DNA of 64,000 nucleotides, taken from positions 38,626,001 to 38,690,000 of the forward strand of contig NC_043001.1 in NCBI RefSeq assembly GCF_006345805.1, given 5' to 3'. Of this stretch, positions 11,634 through 22,149 are shown piece by piece. Origin of the DNA: Octopus sinensis. Its lineage: Eukaryota. Numbering within the stretch: position 1 is the stretch's first letter; each line of letters begins with the position of its first letter. Position numbers and translations under genes: made by a program. The notes under the pieces were generated by a model, which was not told the origin of the DNA, searched no databases, and saw nothing but the letters and a program-made list of their open reading frames with translations.

Positions 11634-11955
11634 GATAGATGGTTGACCAAAAACAATCTTCTATGGGCTCTAGGACAAATCTGAGTTAAATCAGGAACAA
11701 AAAACAGCTGCAATCCTTGTAGGAGTAGGCAACAGCAGACAAAATCTGAGAGAGTTTGGGCTGAGCCGAATCACAATCCAAGATTGAAAGCAGACGGTGA
11801 AACGAGTCGGGAACCCTTCCTAATTGTCTGAAGCAGCTTTAGGATAAGGGATAGTAGGTCCAACTTTAGAATATTGATATGCATGTAAAATGTTCCACAC
11901 GATTAAATATCATTTGACGTGCCATTTAGTACTTCAATAATTGCGTCTGCGCATG

Positions 11956-12320
11956 TAAAACTGGAATGCTGGTAGCTCTTCTGCTTCTATTTGGAATAAA
12001 CTTACTCTCTTTACTTTTGGCATTAGTAAGACTGAGGAAGACATTGTTATTCTATACATCTATCCAGTGTCTCTTCTCTCTTGCAAACAGTCAGTCAATT
12101 TGGATGGACTTGCATGACTGATCCTCATCTTGCACAATATATGCCAACTTTTGTTATTTTGTCTTTCCTTGTGCTATGTATAGCCAACGTTTAGCTTCTC
12201 TTTAGTTGTTTGTTATTTTCCCCATTGCCTTCTTTCTACAAGTCTTTCACTTGTTATGATGCTACCTATAATATTGTCTCAGTGTGTGCCACCTTGCACC
12301 ATTACTTATCTAATCTACAG
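11956..12320 (-). mobile_element. Ancient RTE fragment (continuation of 6830-7495)
   Basis: Paralogous to 5210-5540. Confidence 0.7.
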
Positions 12321-12475
12321 AGTTCAGTACATAGTGCCATAAATACTGCAGATAATCTTCTGGTATAATCTGTCTTAGATATATAATTTTTGTCATATAT
12401 ATTGTCATATATGTTAGTTAATACCTCTTGAACTCTTGTTAGTTATATTAATGAACTGAACATAATCATGTTTAT

Positions 12476-12502
12476 CAGCAGGCTTCTTCCTACTTGTATT
12501 GT
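12476..12502 (-). pseudogene. Array copy 5: pseudo-exon (donor mutated to ATAAAC)
   Basis: Homologous to copies 3/6/8 (DNTSRKKPA frame), but the GT donor is lost. Confidence 0.6.
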
Positions 12503-13249
12503 CTTTAAGATAAAAATTATACACTAAATTAAAGAGTTAAAAAAATAAATGACATATGACTATAGATAATATTCAAAATATATTTATGAAGCATTGAAAG
12601 TATCAGAACAAATATCAATGTGAAACATTCACTCCTTCATACACAAATATACTCAGTGCTGTATATGTAGGAAATAGGAAAGTTACATTATTTCCCCCAT
12701 TTAGCTCAGATTATCATTACCAAATTAAAACAAAACAAACAATGAAAAATATTGAGTGGGATAATGAAGTACAATTAAGGATTAATAAACGTAAAAATTG
12801 TTGATATACATTCCAAAATCTATACGAGTAAATTTTATATATAATGCAAAATGCACATTTATAAACTTTTGTTTTATGTAGGTTATATTACACTGTTGTC
12901 CCTAGTCAAAGAAAAATTGATCAATATTTGCTAACTCTTTGCTTAATTCATTTTGTCATCATTAGTCAGCATTTTGTCATCATCAGCATCATCATTGATC
13001 AACTACTGTTGATGCCCTGCAAAGGTTTGTCAAGTGATCATGATTAAAATCAGTTCCTCTTTGCAATCACAGCACACCTTGGCTTCATCCACATCATAAT
13101 TCTCCCATATCATCTCATTTTGGTGTAGTTTCTGAGGTTGGACCTTCAAGTCTTTGGTACTATATAAAGCTCCCTTACCTCCACTCTTTGACTAAAAGGC
13201 AGTGTACCAGCATGGCTGCAGTCAAACGAATGCAACAAGTAAAAGGATA

Positions 13250-14090
13250 ATTATTCAACAGAGTCATTAGTATTAATTTCCAAGGTTTGTTGTTGAGAAT
13301 ACCTCTTTCATAGTTTGGAGGCCTAAATAAGCAGGAAGGTTGAGCACTGAGATCTGATAAACCCCATATGCACACTAAATCCATTGTTATTACTCACCTT
13401 GCCCATAATGATTCTGCACAAGGCTTGTATGGCTCACACAACCTATTCATATATGTCCTGTTTCCTTAGCATCTACCAGGTTAGATACTAAATGACTAAG
13501 TCAAAGGGTTTGTTCCTTTCTCCAAATTCACAAATGCTTGGTATTGGAGCTTACTCAAAGCTAAGTACCTCTTGTATATATTTCATTTGGAATATGAGCT
13601 CAATGATACAGCTTCTTGTCATATCCAGATTGATACTATACTTAATCAACTTTCCAATAACCCATGGATATTCTAAACCTCTAAATATCTAGTCTCAAGA
13701 GAGCAGCTACATTTCCTACCTTTTCATTCTTTAATTGCACTGTCATGAAACTGTAAAACTGGAATGCTGTTAGACCTTCTACTTCTACTAGGAATAAATT
13801 CAGTCTTTACTTTGGTATCAGTAAGACTGAGGAAGCCATTGTTAATCTATATATTTATAGAGTGCCTCTTCTCTCTTGCAGACTGTCAGCCAATTTGGAT
13901 GGACTTGCATGTTTGATCCTCATCTTGCATAATACATGCAAACTTCTGCTTTTTTTGCCCTTCCCTTTGCTATGTATAGCCACAATTTAGCTTCTCTAGT
14001 AGTTTGATATTTTCCTTATTGCCTCCTTTCTACAAGTCTTTCACTTGTTATGGTGCTACCTATAATATTATCTCAGTGTGGGCCACCTTG
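13250..14090 (-). mobile_element. Ancient RTE fragment (array-borne), preceded by the 3' stub of a SINE at ~13185-13250
   Basis: Paralogous to 4700-5540. The stub ctttgactaaaaggcagtgtaccagcatggctgcagtcaa matches the end of the SINE at 15515-15903. Confidence 0.72.
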
Positions 14091-14254
14091 CACCAGCCAC
14101 TTATCTAATCTATAGAGTTCAGCATGTGGTTCAGTAAAGGTTGCAGATTTTCTTCTGTTATAATCATAGAAACATAATTTTTGTCATATATGTTAGTTAA
14201 AACCTCCCAAACTCTTGTTAGTTATATTAATGAACTGAACATAATCATGCTTAC

Positions 14255-14281
14255 CAGCAGGTTTCTTCTTACTTGTATTGT
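14255..14281 (-). CDS. Array copy 6: acceptor shifted, candidate 27-nt Tyr-less exon DNTSKKKPA
   Basis: Long AG-free zone upstream; first AG is tatcctaaag|; G|GTAAGC donor intact; in frame. Confidence 0.42.
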
Positions 14282-15146
14282 CTTTAGGATAAAGATTGAC
14301 CACAAATTAAAAAAAATGATGACATGATTATAGATAACATTTAAAATATATTTGGGATGTATTCAAAGTATCAGAACAAATATTAATGAAAAATATTCAC
14401 TCTCTCATACACATATACATTCAAAGTTGTATAAGCAGGGATTAGTAATATCATATCATTTTCCTCATTTAGCTCAGATTATCATTACCAAATGAACAGA
14501 AAAAAACCAACGAATAAAAAAAACATTAAATGATATAATGAAGTAAAATTAAAGATTAATAAAGGTAAAAATTGTTAACACACATGAAAAATCTATAAAT
14601 TTACATGTAATGCAAAATACACATTTGTAAATTTTGTTTTATGTAGGTTATATAACACTGTGCTTTGTATTCAAAGGAAAATTGGCCTAAATATTTGCTA
14701 ACTCTTTGCTTAATTTATCTTATCATCATTATCATTGATCAACCACTGTTGATGCTAACATGGATTTGTCCAGCGATCATAATTAGAATCAGTTCCTCTT
14801 TGCTATCACAACACACTTTGGCTTGATCCACAGATCATAATTCTCTCTTATCAACTCAATTTGGTGTAGTTTCTGAGGCTGGGCCTTCAAGTCTTTGGTA
14901 CTATATAAAGCTCCCTTACTTTCACTCTGTCCAAACCTGTCTCTTATATTTTCTGGTAATTTCCAAAGTAGTATTTTATATGTTACTTTGTGCTTTTTAT
15001 TTGGGACCTTGCACCAGCCACTGATTTGTACTTTCCACCTCAGCAGGTTGTCCCATAAGAACACAAATTTTCTCTGTTATATGTATCAACTAAACTGCTT
15101 GAAGTTTATATAGTTTCCTTAATGTACTGAATATAATTATGCTTAC

Positions 15147-15197
15147 CATAGGTTTCCTTGTTTGGTTTATTGACTTTAGCATAAAGGTCATTCATAT
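15147..15197 (-). CDS. Array micro-exon copy 7 (51 nt): DMNDLYAKVNKPNKETY
   Basis: ttccctaaag| acceptor and G|GTAAGC donor; open frame. Confidence 0.78.
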
Positions 15198-15514
15198 CTT
15201 TAGGGAATTAAAGAAAGATTTTATTTAAAATATATTAATGCTGTGATGAAAGTATCAGAACCATTCACTCCCTCACATACATAAAGGTATAAAGAAGAAC
15301 AAGAAGGAATTTTTGTATGCATTATTTAGACTGAGAACACTTGTTGAGATTTCTACCAGCTCATTTCCTGCATACAAAACACATTCTTTTTCCTGATGAT
15401 ATCTGAGTTCAGTCTTTCTTCATATATAGTAAAACATTTGTTTTTACTAGATTCAATTGAAAATCTTTTAAATGCAGATTTTGCTATCATGTTTGGAATA
15501 TCTATCTGACCTTA

Positions 15515-15903
15515 GGCGCAGGCATGGCTGTGTAGTAAGAAGGTTGCTTCTCAATCACATGTTTCTGGGCTCAGTTTCACTGTGTGGCATCAGGCAAGTG
15601 TCCTCTATTATATCTTCGAGCTGACCAAAGCCTTGTGTGTGGATTTGGTAGACAGAAACTGAGAGATGTCTGTCGTATATATATATATATATATATAGTG
15701 TGATTGTGCCTGTGTTTGACCCCCATCGTCGCTTGACAACTGATGTTGGTGTGTTTATGTTCCTACAACTTAATGGTTTGGCAAAAGTGACTGACAATAA
15801 GTAATAGGATTACAAACAATACGTCCTGGGGCCAATTTCTTTGACTAAAATGCTGTGTACCAGCATGGTCACAGTTAAAGGACTGAAACAAGTAAAAGAA
15901 TAA
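15515..15903 (+). mobile_element. tRNA-derived SINE with internal (TA)n
   Basis: tRNA-like head ggcgcaggcatggctgtgtagtaagaag, followed by ggcatcaggcaagtg (CORE-like block) and tail gactgaaacaagtaaaagaataa. Absent from the paralogous sites at ~6960 and ~18490. Confidence 0.8.
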
Positions 15904-15904
15904 G

Positions 15905-16790
15905 TGTTCGACAGATTTTGTTATCAGAGCTACATCATCAGCATACAGGTGTTTCCAAGGTTAGTTGTTGAGAATACCTCTTCCATAATTTGGAGGCCTA
16001 AATAAGCAAGAAGGCTGAGCACTGGCATATGATAAACCCCATATGCGCATTAAATTCGTTGCTATTACTCACCTTGCCCATAATCATTCTGCATATGGCA
16101 TGTATGGCTCACACAACCTATTCATGTAAGTCCAGTTTCCTTAGAATCTACCAGGTTAGATACTGAATGACTAAGTCAAAGGGTTTGTCCCATTCTCCAA
16201 ATTCAAAAAGGCTTGGTATAGGGGCTTACTCAAAGCTAAGTACCTCTTGTAGTTATTTTATTTGGGATATAAGCTCAGTGATACAGTTTCTTGGCATATC
16301 CAGGTTGATCCTATTCATAATCAACATTCCAATAACCCATGGATATTCTAAACCTCTAAATATCTAGTCTCAAGAGAGCAGCTACATTTCCTACCTTTTC
16401 ATTCTTTAATTGCACTGTCATGAAACTGTAAAACTGGAATGCTGTTAGACCTTCTACTTCTACTAGGAATAAATTCAGTCTTTACTTTGGTATCAGTAAG
16501 ACTGAGGAAGCCATTGTTAATCTATATATTTATAGAGTGTCTCTTCTCTCTTGCAGACTGTCAGTCAATTTGGATGGACTTGCATGTTTGATCCTTATCT
16601 TGCATAATACATGCAAACTTCTGCTTTTTTTGCCCTTCCCTTTGCTATGTATAGCCACAATTTGGCTTCTCTAGTTGTTTGATATTTTCCTTAATGCCTC
16701 CTTTCTACAAGTCTTTCACTTGTTATGGTGCTACCTATAATATTGTCTCAGTGTGTGTCACCTTGCACCAGCCACTTATCTAATCTATAG
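15905..16790 (-). mobile_element. Ancient RTE fragment (array-borne)
   Basis: Near-identical to 13250-14090. Confidence 0.72.
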
Positions 16791-16928
16791 AGTTCAGCAT
16801 ATGGTTCAGTAAAGGTTGTTATAATCTACTGTTATAATCATAGAAACATAATTTTTGTCATATATGTTAGTTAAAACCTCTCAAACTCTTGTTAGTTATA
16901 TTAATGAACTGAACATAATCATGCTTAC

Positions 16929-16955
16929 CAGCAGGTTTCTTCTTACTTGTATTGT
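16929..16955 (-). CDS. Array copy 8: acceptor shifted, candidate 27-nt Tyr-less exon DNTSKKKPA
   Basis: Same structure as copy 6. Confidence 0.42.
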
Positions 16956-17599
16956 CTTTAGGATAAAGATTGACCACAAATTTAAAAAATGATGACATGA
17001 TTATAGATAACATTTAAAATATATTGAGGATATATTCAAAGTATCAGAACAAATATTAATGAAAAACATTCACTCTCTCATACACATATACATTCAAAGT
17101 TGTATAAGCAGGGATTAGTAATATAATATTATTTTCTTCATTTAGCTCAGATTATCATTACCAAATTAACAGAAAAAAAACAATAGAATAAAAGACATTG
17201 AGTGGTATAGTGAAGTACAACTGAAGATTAATAAAGGTAAAAATTGTTCATACACATGAAAATCTATGTTTACATGTAATGCAAAATACACATTTGTAAA
17301 CTTTTGTTTTATGTAGGTTATATAACACTGTGCTTTGTATTCAAAGGAAAATTGGCCTAAATATTTGCTAACTCTTTGCTTAATTTATCTTATCATCATT
17401 CTCATTGATCAACCACTGTCAATGCTAGCATAGGTTTGTCCAGCGATCATAATTAAAACCAGTTTATCTTTGCTATCACAACACACCTTGGCTTGATCCA
17501 CATATCATAATACTCTCATATCATCTCATTTCGGTGAGGCTGGACCATCAAGTCTTTGGTACTATATAAAGCTCCCTTACCTCCACTCTCTGACTAAAG

Positions 17600-17905
17600 T
17601 CAAATGAATGCAACAAGTAAAAGAATAATTGTTCAACAGAGTCATTAGTATTAGTTTCCAAGGTGAGTTGTTGAGAATACCTCTTTCATACTTTAGTGGC
17701 CTAAATAAGCAGGAAGGCTGAGCACTGAGTCCTGAAAAATTCCATATGCATACTAAATTCATTGCTATTTGCTGACCTTACCCACAATGATTCTGCACAA
17801 GGCTTGTATGGCTCACACAACCTATTCGTGTAAGTCCAGTTTCCTTAGCATCTACCTGGTCAGATACTGAATGACTAAGTCAAAGAGTTTGTTCTTTTCT
17901 CTAAA
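17600..17905 (-). mobile_element. Truncated ancient RTE fragment (array-borne)
   Basis: Paralogous to 13250-13530; cut by a deletion junction at ~17910. Confidence 0.65.
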
Positions 17906-18126
17906 TTCACCATTTCCAAACCTTATCTGTCTCTTATCTGTTATGGTAATTTCCAAAGTAGTATTTTATGTGTTACTGTGTTTTTTTATTTGGGACCTTG
18001 CATCAACCATTGATTTGTACTTTCAACCTCAGCAGATTGTCTCATATTTTCTCTGTTATATGTATCAGTTAATATCTCTTGAAGTTTATATAGTTTTATG
18101 AATGGACTGAATATAATTATGCTTAC

Positions 18127-18177
18127 CATCAGTTTGCATACGTGGTTTGTTGACTTTAGCGTAAAGGTCTTCCACAT
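18127..18177 (-). CDS. Array micro-exon copy 9 (51 nt): DVEDLYAKVNKPRMQTD
   Basis: ttccttaaag| acceptor and G|GTAAGC donor; Tyr codon TAC versus TAT in the other copies (synonymous). Confidence 0.78.
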
Positions 18178-18339
18178 CTTTAAGGAATTAAAGAAAGATA
18201 TGATTTAAATATAGTAATGTTGTGCTGAAAGTATCAGAGCTAATATTAATGAGAAACATTCACTCCCTCACATACATAAATATTCAAAGAAGTATAAGCA
18301 GAAATTTCTGTATGCATTGTTTAGATTGGTAACACTCAG

Positions 18340-19175
18340 CCCATTTCCTGCATACAGAGCACATTCATTTTCTTGATGGGGTCTGCTCAGTCTTTCTTCC
18401 TACATGGTAAAACATTTGTTTTTACTAGATTCAAGATAAAATCTTTTAAGTGCAGATTTTCCTATCATTTTTGGAATTTCTATCTGACCCAATTGTTCTA
18501 CAAATTCTGATATAAAAGCTAAGCCATCAGCATACAAGTGTTTCCAAGTTTATTTGTCTTAAATACATCTTTTATAGCTTGGAAGCCTATATAAACAGGA
18601 AAGGCTGAACACGGAGTCCTGATAAACCCCCATATGCACACTAAATTCATTGCTATTGCTTAACTTGCTCACACTGATTCTGCACATGGCTTCTATGGAT
18701 CACACAACTTATCCATTTAAGTCCATTTTCCTTGGCATCTACCAGATCAGATAGTGAATGACTCAGTCAAAAGGTTAGTCCCATTCTCTAAATTCACAAA
18801 TGCTTAGTATAGGAACTTACTACTAGCTAAGTACTTCATTGGAATATGATCTCAATGATAGAGCTTGGCACAAAACCAAACAGTATCTCATCCAGGTTAA
18901 TCCTTTTCTTAAATAATTTTTAAATGACCCATGGATTTTCTAAATCTCTCAGAAGCTACTCTCAAGAGATGAACTAACTTCCCTAAATTTGATTGTTTAA
19001 TTGCTCCACGTGTTGTAATACTGTGAAATTAGATAGCTGGAACCTCTGCTGCTTCTACTTGGAGTCAATTCACTCTCTTCTATTGTCATCAGAAAGACTG
19101 TGTAAATTATTAAATTTCTATACATCTACCCAGTGTCTCTTCTCTCTTGCAGACTGTCTGTCAATTTGGATGGCC
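18340..19175 (-). mobile_element. Ancient RTE fragment (array-borne); best-preserved copy
   Basis: Minus strand reads RINLDEILFGFVP, matching RVSLDEMQFGFVP of the younger RTEs in this window. Confidence 0.8.
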
Positions 19176-19666
19176 TAACATGTTATTAAGGATTAATATA
19201 GAAAACATGGAAGATATATTTGAAATCTCCAAGAGATAGATGTAATGCAATATGTAGATTAAATTTTTTTGTTTATGTATTAGGTTATATTACGCTGTTA
19301 TTTCTACTCAAACTGTGTAGTAGTAACTGTGTTCAGTCTTTCTTTGTATATAGTAAAACATTTTTGGTTGATTAAATTTTTGGCGTAGTTTCTAAGGTTG
19401 GTTCACCAAGTCTTTCGTACAACATAAAGCTCCCTTTCTTTCATTCTTTCCAAACCTGTCTCTTAGTGGTTATGTTAATTTCCAAAATAGTATTTCACAT
19501 GTTACTTTTTGTTTTGTATTTGGGACCTTGAACCAGCCATTGATCTTGGCTTTAGAGCTCAGTAGATTGTCCCATAAAAGCACAAGTATTCTTTATGATA
19601 TGTGTCAGTTAATACCTCTTGAAGATTATGAAGTTTTATGAATGGACTGAATATAATTAGGCTTAC

Positions 19667-19717
19667 CATCAGCTTGCTTGCTTGGTTTATTGACTTTGGC
19701 ATAAAGTTCATTCACAT
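19667..19717 (-). CDS. Array micro-exon copy 10 (51 nt): DVNELYAKVNKPSKQAD
   Basis: ttctttaaag| acceptor and G|GTAAGC donor; open frame. Confidence 0.78.
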
Positions 19718-20558
19718 CTTTAAAGAATTAAAGAAAGATATTATTTAAAATATATTAATGCTGTGCCAGAACTAATATTAATGAGAAACATTAACTCTCT
19801 CACATAAATAAAGGTACAAAGTAGTATAAGTAAGAATTATCAAATTCACTTAATTTTTATCTGTTTACTTCAGGGTATCATTGAGTGGTGTAAAGTACAA
19901 TTAAAGGATTAACAAAGATAGAAAATAGTGAAAATATATTTGAAAATCTGCAAGAGGCAAAGTTTATATTTGTAACACAAAATGCATATTTATAAAGTTT
20001 TGTTTAAGAATATTCATATGTAGGTTATTACACTGTTTTCTCTACTGAAAGGAAACTAGGCCCAAATATTCGCTGACATGTTGCTTAATTTATGTTGTCA
20101 TTATTGTCATCATAACCATCATTCATCCACTTTCCATGCTAGTATGGGTTGGTCAAGCCATCATAGTTAAAATCAATTCCTTTTTGCTATCACAACACAC
20201 CTTGGCTTAGACTATTGATCATTATTCTCTCATATCATTTCATTTTGGTGTAGTTTCTGAGACTGGCCCTTCAAGTCTTCTCTAGTACTACATAAAACAC
20301 CCTTACTTTCATTTTATCCAATCGTGTCTCTTAGCTATTATGGGAATTTCTGAGTAGTACTTTGCCACTTGTCACTTATGCTTAGTTGGGTCCCTGCACT
20401 AACCACTAACCTGAGCTTTAGACCTTAGCAGGCTATCTCATAAAGGCACAGTTTCTATCTTAAAAGTGTGTATATTCTCTTCCCAACTGTCTAGTGTCAG
20501 TTAAAACTTCCCTAAATGTATGTACTTATATTAATGAATTGAATATAATTATGCTTAC

Positions 20559-20600
20559 CATTAGTTTTCTTTCCTGGTTTATTGACTTTAGCATTCATAT
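20559..20600 (-). CDS. Array micro-exon copy 11 (42 nt): (N/D)MNAKVNKPGKKTN; DLY removed by in-frame 9-nt deletion
   Basis: ttccttaaag| acceptor and G|GTAAGC donor; in frame. Confidence 0.65.
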
Positions 20601-21599
20601 CTTTAAGGAATTAAAAAAAAAAGAACATACAATTATAGATAATATTTAAATATATTGTGCTGCAAGTATCAGGACTAATGTTAATGAGAAATATTCACTT
20701 CCTCAAACACATAATTGAACAAACTAGTATGAGTTAGCAATATTACACCATTTTTGCTTTTTCATTTGGAAACTACATTAATACAGTTGAGTGTCTGCAA
20801 GAGCTAAAGTTTATTATGTACATGAATGTAAAATTCACATTGTCAAAGCTACAATATAGGTTACTAAATTGTATACTCTAATCAATGCAAGAATGAACCA
20901 AAATGTTTGCAAAATCTTTGTACATTGTATACTCTACTAGAAGGAAAGTAACCAAAATGCTTGCAGATTTCTAGCTTAATGACTGCCTCCTCCTCCTCCC
21001 CTTCTTCTTCTTCTTTGCCACTGCCATCACCAGCATCACCAATATTGTTACTTTTCATTTGATTTCTATGCCGACAAGGGTTGGTTGAGAAGTCTTGTTT
21101 AAAAAAAAAAGTGACTGTTCAGGATCAGATCCACCTAGGCTTGGTCCCTTGACCATAACTCTTGCATATGTTATCATGTTTATGTGGTTTCTCAGACTGG
21201 ATTACATTCATAACATCAACCATTGCAAAATGTGTGTACAAAGTGCATTTTTTCCCATGGCACCAGCACTAAAAAGGTTGTCATGTCCTTGACAAAACAG
21301 GACTAAAGTGTTCTCTCAATACTTCAATGCAAATCTACTAAACAGTTTACAGAGTTTTGGATATATTCTTTTATGCTAACAGAATTAGTAATTTAGTCAC
21401 AGACATTTTACCCTATGATAAATTTGCGCATGCATCAAACACTTCACAAAATGCATTAAATGCACCAGCACTTGTGATGTTACCATATATCCAGATTTTC
21501 ATTGCAATAGAAATAGGTGGCAAGGTTAGCTTGTAAAAGAGAGCACAACTGATCAACAGTCAAGATATTGATGAAAACAGAGGTTGAATGTCAATGAAA

Positions 21600-21935
21600 G
21601 ATTGATCCAATGGAGAGGAAGTAATGGGAGACAGCTGACTTGATGGAGAGGTAGCAATGGTGGGCAGCTTCAGAGAACAAATGAAAAGTGCATTGGATAC
21701 CAAAAGATACGATGCTATCTTTTCCAACTCAAGCATCTTCATTTAGATAAGGGAGGAGTATGAAATGGATGTCAGAAGTAGAGAAGAGTACTGAATATAC
21801 ACAGATACAAAGCTTTACTTTCACTACATAAGTGACATGGAACAGTGACTACAAGAGATGAGATGGAGGGCAAGCATAACAATCTAGCAAGAGGGTCAGA
21901 TGATTACTAAGCAGGCATGAATCTCCAGAGGCCCA
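21600..21935 (+). repeat. CR1-like LINE 3'-end remnant, homologous to 2800-3030
   Basis: + strand reads EVAMVGSFREQMKSALD, like the CR1 C-terminal LP.EVV.A.S...FK..LD motif, then sequence colinear with 2820-3030. Confidence 0.5.
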
Positions 21936-22149
21936 GTAAAGGGGTCGGCATGTATCAACATTCTGTAAAGTGGTTGGTATTTGGAAGGATATCCAGCCAT
22001 AGAAACCTAGCCAAAACAGACAATTGCAGCTTAGTGCAGCTCCTGCTTAACAGCTTTTGTCAAACTGTCCAACCTATTCCATCATGGAAAACAGACATTA
22101 GATGATAATGATGACATGCATATATACATATAGATGGAAGATGGCTTGA

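Larger units (their letters stand above)
7496..11953 (-). mobile_element. Apparently full-length, young CR1-clade LINE (about 4.46 kb)
   Basis: Two intact ORFs and a (TAAC)n tail at the 3' end (7496-7514 on + reads ttagttagttag...). The flanks rejoin into the empty-site sequence seen in paralogous units (...aaactg|taaaactggaatgc, e.g. ~13750). Visibly richer in GC and CpG than the flanks. Confidence 0.93.
3120..21150 (-). repeat. Complex tandem array: 11 units of about 0.6-1 kb, each with one micro-exon copy, with higher-order 2-2.7 kb repeats carrying a co-duplicated RTE fragment
   Basis: Recurrent blocks such as gactgaatataattatgcttac, tgaaagtatcagaac.aatattaatgaaaaacattcactc and gcaaaatgcacattt. 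Segments 13250-14800 and 15910-17580 are especially similar. Confidence 0.92.

Noticed and set aside
13569-13688. Apparent 120-nt and 90-nt minus-strand exons in the array units (IFRGLEYPWV..., SDLVDAKETG...)
   Set aside because: Paralogous copies contain stops and lose splice sites, and the sequence is RTE-derived.
13492-16367. Repeated + strand ORFs MTKSKGL...GIGAYSKLSTSC... (13492-13692, 16167-16367, related 5065-5268) as a small tandem gene family
   Set aside because: They are antisense readings of the co-duplicated RTE fragment; the minus strand matches RTE RT motifs (LDE..FGFVP, LQE.YLA).
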